This document shows, piece after piece, positions 7,363 to 15,854 of a stretch of DNA of 20,612 nucleotides. Source of the stretch: Candidatus Bathyarchaeum sp. GTDB lineage: Archaea > Thermoproteota > Bathyarchaeia > Bathyarchaeales > Bathyarchaeaceae. The position numbers were made by a program, and so were the translations under genes. Each line of letters opens with the position of its first letter. The stretch's first letter is position 1. Location of the stretch: NCBI GenBank assembly GCA_026014495.1, contig JAOZIF010000101.1:1-20612 (forward strand), in the 5' to 3' direction. Under the pieces are notes generated by a model. It was not told where the DNA came from. It searched no databases and saw nothing but the letters and a program-made list of their open reading frames with translations.

Positions 7363-8175
7363 TTATTCCAATCGAGTTTTTAAAGCAATATACTGAGTTA
7401 CTAGAACAACAAAAGAATATGGTACAAGAAATAAATAAGGTAACAAGAATAGATGCATCATTGTTACTTGGTGGTTCCACAAAATGAAGCTAGGAACAAA
7501 CAAGTCTACCAGAGCCAAGAATAAAAACAGAATCACCATATATCCGCTAAAAGTGATCACCGAAGCAATTCTAGCAATCAATTTCCCGATTTGAATAGTA
7601 TATCGGTTAACTAACAAAGAACTACCATTAAAACGGTTTTCAACCTGATCGTTAGTAAGACCAGATTCCGTCTTTGACACATTTTTAGAGGATTTATACA
7701 ATGTCCAACAGTAATTAGCCATTATAAATTCGCAAACTATCAGAACCAGACAATCTATGAAACCTAGAAACAGCACAGATGTCTGACTGAAAACGTTAAA
7801 CAAATAAAAGGCTACACCAAAAGGTACCATAGCCACGATTAGATAATCAAAAGTGATTTCTAAGAAAAAACCAGTTGGGGTTTTCATGTTTTTATATCTG
7901 GCGACTTCCCCGTCAACATGGTCAAATACGCTCCAAAGGAAAAGGACAACAGCCGCAACAAAGATATCAACAGGCGTTTGCGCAATAAGCAACAACAAAA
8001 CACTAAGTATCCCAATACCAAAATCAATCACAGTAATGTGATTAGGAGTAACAGAATCCCACTTCTGTAGAATTATCCAACTCAAACGAGCAGATATTGG
8101 CCTAGCAATATATTTAGCGTATAACCTATCGTCGTTTTTAACAACCTTTTTCACGTATTCTGAGTAGCTTTCCAT
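7363..8175 (-). CDS. CDP-alcohol phosphotransferase family membrane protein
   Basis: RPIS...VTPNHIT N-terminal element and the signature DHVDGEVARx8GFFLEITFD (DxxDGxxAR...GxxxD/ExxxD). About six hydrophobic segments. Confidence 0.88.
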   Translation of the reverse strand: MESYSEYVKKVVKNDDRLYAKYIARPISARLSWIILQKWDSVTPNHITVIDFGIGILSVLLLLIAQTPVDIFVAAVVLFLWSVFDHVDGEVARYKNMKTPTGFFLEITFDYLIVAMVPFGVAFYLFNVFSQTSVLFLGFIDCLVLIVCEFIMANYCWTLYKSSKNVSKTESGLTNDQVENRFNGSSLLVNRYTIQIGKLIARIASVITFSGYMVILFLFLALVDLFVPSFILWNHQVTMMHLFLLPYLFLVPYSFVVLVTQYIALKTRLE

Positions 8176-8336
8176 TGTTTTATCATTCCATAATTGTAAT
8201 ATCTATGCTTTTGATAACAAACTACGATATTTTTTGACAGTTACACTATAACGTCGCAAATAAGCCACAATAGGCGCAAGTCCCAGCAGAACCCATGATT
8301 TACCGTACGTCAATTTGGGACTGATCAATAAAACAT

Positions 8337-9425
8337 TCAATTTAGTATTCTCCGAAATATCTGTTCAACATTATCAACAGTCTTATCCCATGTAAACTGG
8401 TTTGCAGTTTTTGGTCCTTCTTTTCTGAAATATTCACTTAAGTGCTCATCTTTGAGCAAACGAATTATTGCATCTGCAAGCGACTTGGGACTTCGTGGAG
8501 GAACCACCAAAGCATTTTTCCCATCAAAGGCATAGTCTTCAGTTCCAAATCTTGTTGTAACAGTAGGACTTCCACAGGCCATAGCCTCTAATGGTGGCAA
8601 AGGAAAACTTTCAAACCAAGATGGACAAATGGTAACATCAGCTGTGCGGTATAAGTCTGCTAACTCTTCATCACTTGGGTTTGTATAGAAGATGTGTGGA
8701 AACGGTTCGTGTAATTGAATTGGTTTTCGGCCATAAACCCAAAATTCAACATTATCCATGTGTTTGTTTACAAGTTTCATTGCGTGGATTGCATCGTTAA
8801 AACCCTTCCAAGGCAACTGTCGCCCCCCAAAACACAGAACTATTCGTTTGTCACTTTTTTTGTTAACACCTCGTGGAAAGAAGATTTTATGGTTAATTGC
8901 AGGGTTTACTACAGGTAAATCATAACCATATCGTTCTTTCATGTTGTTATGCAACCAAATACTATTTACCAATCTTTTGATTGGGAGATTATATGCCTCA
9001 TCACACACAGCTTTAGCCGCTGGGTCAGAAGATATTACTAACTCGTCATGCTGCATATAATGAAACGGAACACCCATATTTGACTCAAAAATAGGAAAAA
9101 CATCCCCATACGAGTGTGCTATGTTCAAATCACATTCGGGAAGCCATTTAGAAACAGATGTTCTAATTGCAGCATATCCATCTAAATCGTAAGCAGAAAA
9201 CTTCCGTAACATACGGCAAAGCCCTAGTACAAACAGGTTCCTTTTTGCAAACTTTGCCTGATTAAAAGCAATTTTTTTGTCCAACATGAATGGTGAACGG
9301 CTTGGCAACATTGAGGTAATAGTCACGTCATGACCTTTTGCGACTAAACCATTCAGAACGTTAGTGATTACTCTGAAGCCCCCATTGCCCTCGTCAAAAG
9401 TTAAAGTCAGATAATGTATGTTCAT
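8337..9425 (-). CDS. Glycosyltransferase family 4 (GT-B)
   Basis: GGFRVI N-terminal loop, KGFNDAIHA and the EX7E motif ESFPLPPLEAMACG. Confidence 0.9.
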   Translation of the reverse strand: MNIHYLTLTFDEGNGGFRVITNVLNGLVAKGHDVTITSMLPSRSPFMLDKKIAFNQAKFAKRNLFVLGLCRMLRKFSAYDLDGYAAIRTSVSKWLPECDLNIAHSYGDVFPIFESNMGVPFHYMQHDELVISSDPAAKAVCDEAYNLPIKRLVNSIWLHNNMKERYGYDLPVVNPAINHKIFFPRGVNKKSDKRIVLCFGGRQLPWKGFNDAIHAMKLVNKHMDNVEFWVYGRKPIQLHEPFPHIFYTNPSDEELADLYRTADVTICPSWFESFPLPPLEAMACGSPTVTTRFGTEDYAFDGKNALVVPPRSPKSLADAIIRLLKDEHLSEYFRKEGPKTANQFTWDKTVDNVEQIFRRILN

Positions 9426-9426
9426 T

Positions 9427-12240
9427 TCATTTACTCACTTCGAGTTTGTCAATTAGTAGAGACATGTCCCCAGTTACATCGGTAAATTGAATGCTTATAT
9501 GTGTAACAGCAGACAGATCAGGATTGCCTCGAACAGTCACAAAAGCCATAAGAGGAATTTTGATAAATCGCCAACCATCCCAATCAAAAGTAAAACTAAT
9601 TTTTGTTGAATCATCAGGAGTTGGAGCCATCATATATATTATAAATTTTGCTGCAGAACCGTCGCCATGAAGGTAGAAACTGATGTAATTTTCTGAGCTT
9701 AAATCTAAGGCATCCTCAAAAGTTCTGTAAAAACCAACTCGACCATTCGTTCCGTTGCTAATTCGGGCTTCTGTAGAATAGTTTCCACTAATTTTATTAT
9801 CTCTTTGAGAAGAGAGAACGGGTATTCCTAAAGTCCCATCTAATTCTCCAAAAGTGGACCAAAAGGTTGCTTGCTCATCATCAGCGATTAACGTTGGATT
9901 TTGAATGTCGTACTCGTCAACGTTGTAGGTGTACTTGTATACTGTACCAGAGATTGTTGCTAAATCAAATTTAAAAAAGTAAAACTTGTAATCAGTTCCT
10001 ATAACGGTATAGTCTGCCGCGAATTCTTTCAGTTTTTCAAAATTATCAAGCACCAAAGAGCTCCCTTTAACATACCAATCTTCGGTAACGAAAAAGGCAA
10101 TAGTGGAATTGGTTGCAACCATACTTTTTGTGATTAAAAAGGGGTCGGGGTTAAGAAGTAATAAACTTGTTGAATCACGTACAGTTCCAGCAGCAAGAGC
10201 TAAATTAGGTTCATCATCAACATATCGGTAACCCAAATTTCCTGCAACAAGTTTAGGAATAAATCCATTGGCTAAAATACAGTAATTTTCTGTTCCTGAT
10301 GATGAATTTATAAGTTGAACAATTTTCATCTCATCAGCGGATACAGTTCGCCATGTTGGGCGACCAGGTTCAGCAGGAACATTTTTGTCAAATAACGGAA
10401 TGGAATAAGCCAGATAAAAAGACGATAACATTCCAAATATGCTTAAAGTCAACAAAATAAATGCAAATATTTTTTTCTGTGAAAACAGTATTGGAAGTTT
10501 TTTTGCCAAATTTAATTTGAAGTTGTTAATTTTATCCAAGGAAGCATTGTTTATGTCAACAAAGAACCGGTCTACTGTTGAGAATATATACAAAATGAAA
10601 GCAGCAAAAGGAATCAGGGAAATGTCAACAACTCTAGCAAACCTGTGAGTCCCATAAGGAAGATTTGTTATTCCACTTACAACGATGAACCAACTAAACA
10701 AGAAAACCAGCACTGTAAAAAAAAGCCACATACCAGTTCGCTTTTTCGCATCATTTTTGATCAATTTTATTGAACAAAATCCGCCAAACAACAAAACGTA
10801 CCTAATCCAATTAAAGCTCTCAGAACAAATTGAATCAGCTGTCAACTCGTTAGTTAACCAATGCGTCGATAACCAAAAGTCTTTGATAGATTCTAGACTT
10901 GGAAGTTGTATTTGAAATGGGTTGTTATTAAAGAGCAAACCTTGCACAACTGTAAATTGTATTGGAAACAGTAATAACCCTAAAAATATAACAAGCAATA
11001 ATAGAATATAACGACCATTTTTCATACGCCAGATTTTAAAGTGAAAAGGCAGGGCAAGTAAATCGGCAATCAATGCAAAAGTTCCAGAAAATGGATGAAT
11101 AAGAACAGTAGCGATAGTTGTCAAACTAACTAAGAATAACCCACGATAGGGCGTATTATCGGAAATAAAGAAAGTTATGAAAAAAAGATTGACATAAAGG
11201 AATATAACACCAACCATCTCTGCTACTGACACACTAATAAGCCAAAAAGTTGGAAATACCATAAACCCAATTAAACCAAGTAAGAAAACGTGACTATTGT
11301 TAACACTAAAGAACAGTTTTTTCAAGAAATGATATGTCACCAAAGGAATGAAAATACTTGCAAACAGAGGACTCCATAACCAAGTAACGTTTTTCATCAC
11401 AGTTAAATTGAAACTTGTTCCTTCAAACACAGCAATTGTCGCAAGAAACGATTGATACCCACTGTAAGGGATTACAAGACTGGAACCAGTTGGGTCTCGA
11501 CCACCCAGTTCAAATATGACTCTAACACCCGACAGCAAGCCCCAAACGTCTGGGTCAAAAGATATTTTTACAACTAAAACAAGCAAACCAAAATACAAAA
11601 ATGCAATTAAGAAACTCGAAATAATGGATATCTCAAAACAAAACGCTTTGTTTTGAATTCTTTTTTGAAGGAAAACAAAGGCAAAAATGTTCACACCCAT
11701 GAACAGCCAGAAATATGACGGCAAAACTTCCCAAACAGAAAAGAACATCGCGTCAGTTCGTGAGCTTATAATTATAACTAATAAGCTTAGAAAACTAGCA
11801 CCAAAAATTATTACTGCACTAAAATCAACAGCGGTCCAAACATCTTTTGGCGAGATAGAAATAGATTCATTCTCTGTATTGCGGTTATAACATGTTTTGA
11901 TTTTTTGTGCTAATATAAGAAACAAGGGTAAAAACAGCATAGGTAATATTGCATGCACACGGTCGAACATTTTAAGAATTGTAATCAAACCTTCAAAAGC
12001 TATTATCCAGCAGACCACAATAAATGCTCCAAAAAGGAGTTGACTAATTTTAGGTTCTTCTTTGAAAAATAGGTTTCCAGACCATAAGCCACAGCATATT
12101 ATGTATGCAAGTAGTGTAAGTGTGCCCAAATAAGGCGATGGAAAACAGAAAAGGCTCAAAGCAAGTGGAAGTAACAGTATGACAGATGCTATAGGGTATT
12201 TCAAGCGCAAAATAGTGCGTGAGTCGAATTCAGTCAACAT
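9427..12240 (-). CDS. Large polytopic membrane protein, possibly GT-C fold, with a C-terminal CBM11/CIA30-like beta-sandwich domain
   Basis: About 16 hydrophobic segments by eye in the first ~610 aa. Acidic loop FDPDVWG, intramembrane IHP and HRF motifs. The soluble tail LDLSSENYISFYLHGDGS...FDWDGWRFIKIPL..F...PDLSAVTHISIQF resembles CBM11-type modules. The ORF is certain, the function is not. Confidence 0.55.
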   Translation of the reverse strand: MLTEFDSRTILRLKYPIASVILLLPLALSLFCFPSPYLGTLTLLAYIICCGLWSGNLFFKEEPKISQLLFGAFIVVCWIIAFEGLITILKMFDRVHAILPMLFLPLFLILAQKIKTCYNRNTENESISISPKDVWTAVDFSAVIIFGASFLSLLVIIISSRTDAMFFSVWEVLPSYFWLFMGVNIFAFVFLQKRIQNKAFCFEISIISSFLIAFLYFGLLVLVVKISFDPDVWGLLSGVRVIFELGGRDPTGSSLVIPYSGYQSFLATIAVFEGTSFNLTVMKNVTWLWSPLFASIFIPLVTYHFLKKLFFSVNNSHVFLLGLIGFMVFPTFWLISVSVAEMVGVIFLYVNLFFITFFISDNTPYRGLFLVSLTTIATVLIHPFSGTFALIADLLALPFHFKIWRMKNGRYILLLLVIFLGLLLFPIQFTVVQGLLFNNNPFQIQLPSLESIKDFWLSTHWLTNELTADSICSESFNWIRYVLLFGGFCSIKLIKNDAKKRTGMWLFFTVLVFLFSWFIVVSGITNLPYGTHRFARVVDISLIPFAAFILYIFSTVDRFFVDINNASLDKINNFKLNLAKKLPILFSQKKIFAFILLTLSIFGMLSSFYLAYSIPLFDKNVPAEPGRPTWRTVSADEMKIVQLINSSSGTENYCILANGFIPKLVAGNLGYRYVDDEPNLALAAGTVRDSTSLLLLNPDPFLITKSMVATNSTIAFFVTEDWYVKGSSLVLDNFEKLKEFAADYTVIGTDYKFYFFKFDLATISGTVYKYTYNVDEYDIQNPTLIADDEQATFWSTFGELDGTLGIPVLSSQRDNKISGNYSTEARISNGTNGRVGFYRTFEDALDLSSENYISFYLHGDGSAAKFIIYMMAPTPDDSTKISFTFDWDGWRFIKIPLMAFVTVRGNPDLSAVTHISIQFTDVTGDMSLLIDKLEVSK

Positions 12241-12350
12241 GTGCCATCTTTGATTCAGTAAAAAAGCTGTAATAGAAACGGTCTGTGCAAGTTAACATTC
12301 GGAACACAGAATGCACAAGTTGTTTGATTCTTTTGAAATAAACAGTTCAT

Positions 12351-13268
12351 CTAAATCTTTCCAGACTTGTTTAGGGTTACGAAAGACTTGGGCAAAACTG
12401 CTTGCCCGTAGCTGTTTGTTGTGAAATCATAGAACCCTTTTAACATTGCCCGTGCTAAGATGATGTTTCTATACTTTGCCAAGTAATTGAAAAGTCTAAA
12501 ACCAAAACGGGGAATCCATAAAACAAAGAATAGTGGGTTGAGGTGTTTCCTTGCGAAGAGGAGCTCATTTCTTGTCGAGTAGTATAAAACAGACGGATTA
12601 ACTCGCCCACTAAATGAATATGATACTTTGTGGTATGTTTTAGCAGATGGAACGTGCAGTATTTTGTATCCAGCCACTCTTACACGGTGACATAAATCAG
12701 CCTCATCAAAATAAAGAAAAAATTTTGTGTCCATTAAACCTATTTTCTGGATAACACTTTTTTTGATTAGAATACAAGCTCCAGGGATTAAGTTGACTTC
12801 TTCGGGTTTTCGAATGTTAATTAATGGTGTATAGCCAACACCCAAGTAAAAGTTGTAATTGCCATATTTTGTATAAAGGCTGTCTGGTTTTTCAAAAAAG
12901 AATAGTCTGGGACTTGTTATTCCAATTTTTGGGTCAGTTTCAGACGCAGCAACTAACTCATTTAAGAAAGAGGGGTCAACATCCATATCATCATTTAGAA
13001 TTAAAATATAATCACTTTGCAGTTTTTCAAGGGCATAATGTATCCCTACATTATTACCGCCCGTGTATCCCAAGTTCTGTGAAGTTTCTAGCAATACAAC
13101 AGAAGGAAAATGTGAGTTAACCATGGATGCAGTTCCATCGGTTGAGTTGTTGTCGACAACAACGATTTTGTAGTTTGAGTAGCTGATATTAAGAACAGAC
13201 TCTATACAACTTTGCAAAACTTTCTTTTTGTTATAAGTAACAATAATGACCGAAACAGATGGCTCCAT
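12351..13268 (-). CDS. Glycosyltransferase family 2 (WbbL/GlfT1-like)
   Basis: VSVIIVTYN, VVVDNNSTDG, NLGYTGGNN, LILNDDMDV (DxD), GACILI and YFDEADLCHR. Its ATG directly follows the TAA of the upstream GT4. Confidence 0.9.
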   Translation of the reverse strand: MEPSVSVIIVTYNKKKVLQSCIESVLNISYSNYKIVVVDNNSTDGTASMVNSHFPSVVLLETSQNLGYTGGNNVGIHYALEKLQSDYILILNDDMDVDPSFLNELVAASETDPKIGITSPRLFFFEKPDSLYTKYGNYNFYLGVGYTPLINIRKPEEVNLIPGACILIKKSVIQKIGLMDTKFFLYFDEADLCHRVRVAGYKILHVPSAKTYHKVSYSFSGRVNPSVLYYSTRNELLFARKHLNPLFFVLWIPRFGFRLFNYLAKYRNIILARAMLKGFYDFTTNSYGQAVLPKSFVTLNKSGKI

Positions 13269-14453
13269 TTAATTGCTCACACTTAGATTTTTAGAAAGGT
13301 TGCCGCCATTGTGGTAAAAATCAGAATATAACGTAGAATAAAAATTCAAAAGCCGCTGCCTCATTTTATCCCACCCATAAAGTGCATCATACGCAGTTCT
13401 GCCGTTAAAACCGAGTTCTTTACATAACGACGGCTGATTTTTTAAACGCAATACAGCATTTTTTACATCATCAGTGTTTTGGGCATCAACAACAAGCCCA
13501 CAGTTATGCTTTACAACTTTGATAGCAGTTGATGTGCCTTTGTTAACAATTATGGGTTTGGCACACATTAGTGCTTCCAGAAATTTGCTTCCACAAATAT
13601 ATTTTTGTACCAGTGGAACAGGGTCGCGTAACGAAAACAATAAATCGGCTTGACTGGACAGTTTCAACACTTCGCTGTAAGGAACACGCCCAAGATACTT
13701 AACTTTGTTCGGCATCGTGCGAGCCTTAGTTTTGATTTCATCCATCAGGTCCCCATCGCCAACGAATACAACAGTTACGCCGTCAAAGGAATCAATCACG
13801 TTCAACATAGAATCAAGGTTCAAGTTTCGGTTTCTACTAAGGTAACCTGCATAGAAAACTACAAAGTTATCATGAGTTTTCGGAGCAATAGACACGTTCT
13901 CAACAATTGAAGATGGCGAATCATAGATAACTGTTAGATTAGGGTTTGGAATACCACCAAATTCGTCTACTTGTAATTCATCAACTAATACAACACCATT
14001 TGCGAGAGTGATACATAATTTCTCGACATGAATGCCAATGAACCGTAACAATTGAGGCAAAACAGTCAATTGGTCGATATACGTGTCTTCAATATCGTAA
14101 ATTAGCAGTTTTCTTTTTAGTTTTGTAGCAATGATAGCAGGCATAATAGATGGAAAATTAACGACATGAACAACGTCGTAGTCCATTCGTAGCAACCACA
14201 AAAACTCAAACACCCACCACAAGGGAAGCGCAAACACACTAGCAATACCAGTAGATGCTTTTTTACACAATATTTTAGATTGATATTGCTTTTTCTCAAA
14301 TTGCTTATGAGAATCTGAAGACGAGCTATCATCTCGGTTCCACCCCAAAAAAGTGACATGATAATTGTCACTTAGAAAAATTGACAATAATTTGAGCAAA
14401 CGTGGGTCATTTTCTAACGGAAAAAAATTTTTAACAAAAACTAATTTCTTCAT
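13269..14453 (-). CDS. Glycosyltransferase family 4 (GT-B)
   Basis: DPRLLK N-terminal motif, VFYAGYL, FVGDG, YLGRVPYSEV and SKFLEALMCAKPII. Confidence 0.85.
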   Translation of the reverse strand: MKKLVFVKNFFPLENDPRLLKLLSIFLSDNYHVTFLGWNRDDSSSSDSHKQFEKKQYQSKILCKKASTGIASVFALPLWWVFEFLWLLRMDYDVVHVVNFPSIMPAIIATKLKRKLLIYDIEDTYIDQLTVLPQLLRFIGIHVEKLCITLANGVVLVDELQVDEFGGIPNPNLTVIYDSPSSIVENVSIAPKTHDNFVVFYAGYLSRNRNLNLDSMLNVIDSFDGVTVVFVGDGDLMDEIKTKARTMPNKVKYLGRVPYSEVLKLSSQADLLFSLRDPVPLVQKYICGSKFLEALMCAKPIIVNKGTSTAIKVVKHNCGLVVDAQNTDDVKNAVLRLKNQPSLCKELGFNGRTAYDALYGWDKMRQRLLNFYSTLYSDFYHNGGNLSKNLSVSN

Positions 14454-14503
14454 TTAAGGGTAATCCAACCTAATTGAACAAAAAAAGAACTATGGTAGCA
14501 TGT

Positions 14504-14607
14504 AACAATAACAAAATGATATCTAAAAAGGATAGTTTCTTGTTAGAGTACATATTATTACTAAAATGAAAGTTCATTTGAAAAATCACCAAAACAATAA
14601 CAAAATG
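14504..14607. repeat. Exact 15-bp direct repeat AACAATAACAAAATG (14504-14518 and 14593-14607) in the intergenic region
   Basis: Read directly from the sequence: two identical copies 89 bp apart in the 168-bp gap between two GT4 genes. Confidence 0.8.
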
Positions 14608-14621
14608 GAAATCTTCAGGTT

Positions 14622-15854
14622 TTACTCCAATATCAAACGTTTTTTGACCATTTGACTCAAAACAGAAGATAGCCTATGAGAGATCTTCTGTTCACAATGA
14701 TTGCTTTTCACGTAGAGGTACCCATTTTTTCCAACACTTTTTGCAAAGTCATCGTGCTTTAATATTTTAATGGTATTCTTTGCAAACTGATTAATTTCTG
14801 AGTATATTATGCCGTGTTCTGGACCAAAAAGTAAGGAAACCATTCCTGGCAGAGGTGTAGCCAAAACTGGTTTAGCACAAGCAAGATATTGTATTACTTT
14901 TCCAGGGATAATATCCTGAGTGGTTGAATTAATTAAGAATGGGTTGATACAAACATCCGCTATGTTGATGAACTGAGGCATCAATTCAAACGGTTCAAAC
15001 CCAGTAAGAATTACATTTTCTTTGAGGTTTAGTTCAGTAACAAGTTCCTTGAGTTTATTCAACAGAATGCCGCCTCCAACTATTACCAATTTCACGTTAG
15101 GAACTTCTTTCACAACTTTTGGGAACTGTTTGATATACAAATCTAGACCTGAGAACTCAAATAAAGTTCCGATGAAAACTACGATTTTATGTTCTTTTGT
15201 TAGTCCTAATCTTTGCTTGAGTTTTTGAGTACCAACACCAGAATTGAAAGCATTTGTATCAACACAAAAGGGAAGCATTTCTACGTTGTCTTTTTCAGCA
15301 CCCAATCGTATCACATATTCTGAAAGTTTTGGAGATAACGTCAAAATTTTATCTACGTGTTTGTATACCCATTTTTCAAGAGAAAAAGTGATTGGTCTTA
15401 AAGCCTTAGTGGGAACCAACATGTGTAAAGTGTCTATTGATCTAAAAAGTACAGGAACATTATATTTCCCAGCAAGTTTTACAGTCTGATAACCATTGGT
15501 AGGAACTGAATACAAAATTATTATGTCAATTTCCTTTTCGTTGATAACCCGTTCGATTTCAAAGTAGTGAGTAAACAACGCAGTTGCTCGGTCAACAAAA
15601 GGTGTTTTAATAAAACCCGGTCGAATCAAAGTTGTTGAAGACCCATTAGTTGTTCTACTAATGTTATCAAAGACCTTTGTTTTTAAAGAACCAATATCAA
15701 GTACATTTTCTTTACTCCATTCATGCTCAAAATCAATAACATACACGTTGTGCCCTAAACTAGACAACATCTCTGACCAGCTATGAATCTCAAAAACAAC
15801 TTTTTTGAGCAAATCAACTTCATGAATAAAAAGAATATTCAAGAGGCAACTCAC
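14622..15854 (-). CDS. Glycosyltransferase family 4 (GT-B)
   Basis: VVFIGTLFEFSGLD, IVGGG, ILTGFEPF, ADVCINPF and PGKVIQYLACAKPVLAT. GTGA overlap with the radical SAM gene. Confidence 0.87.
   Translation of the reverse strand: MSCLLNILFIHEVDLLKKVVFEIHSWSEMLSSLGHNVYVIDFEHEWSKENVLDIGSLKTKVFDNISRTTNGSSTTLIRPGFIKTPFVDRATALFTHYFEIERVINEKEIDIIILYSVPTNGYQTVKLAGKYNVPVLFRSIDTLHMLVPTKALRPITFSLEKWVYKHVDKILTLSPKLSEYVIRLGAEKDNVEMLPFCVDTNAFNSGVGTQKLKQRLGLTKEHKIVVFIGTLFEFSGLDLYIKQFPKVVKEVPNVKLVIVGGGILLNKLKELVTELNLKENVILTGFEPFELMPQFINIADVCINPFLINSTTQDIIPGKVIQYLACAKPVLATPLPGMVSLLFGPEHGIIYSEINQFAKNTIKILKHDDFAKSVGKNGYLYVKSNHCEQKISHRLSSVLSQMVKKRLILE

Noticed and set aside
8246-8296. 16-codon minus-strand mini-ORF MGSAGTCAYCGLFATL with a CxxC motif in the gap before the cassette
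   Set aside because: Too short, with an in-frame stop just upstream, no clear RBS and no independent support. Probably chance.
9427-12240. Oligosaccharyltransferase AglB
   Set aside because: No WWDYG or DK/MI motif in the soluble domain.
14504-14607. CRISPR mini-array interpretation of the 15-bp repeat
   Set aside because: Only two copies, the repeat is too short, the 74-nt spacer is too long, and there are no cas genes.
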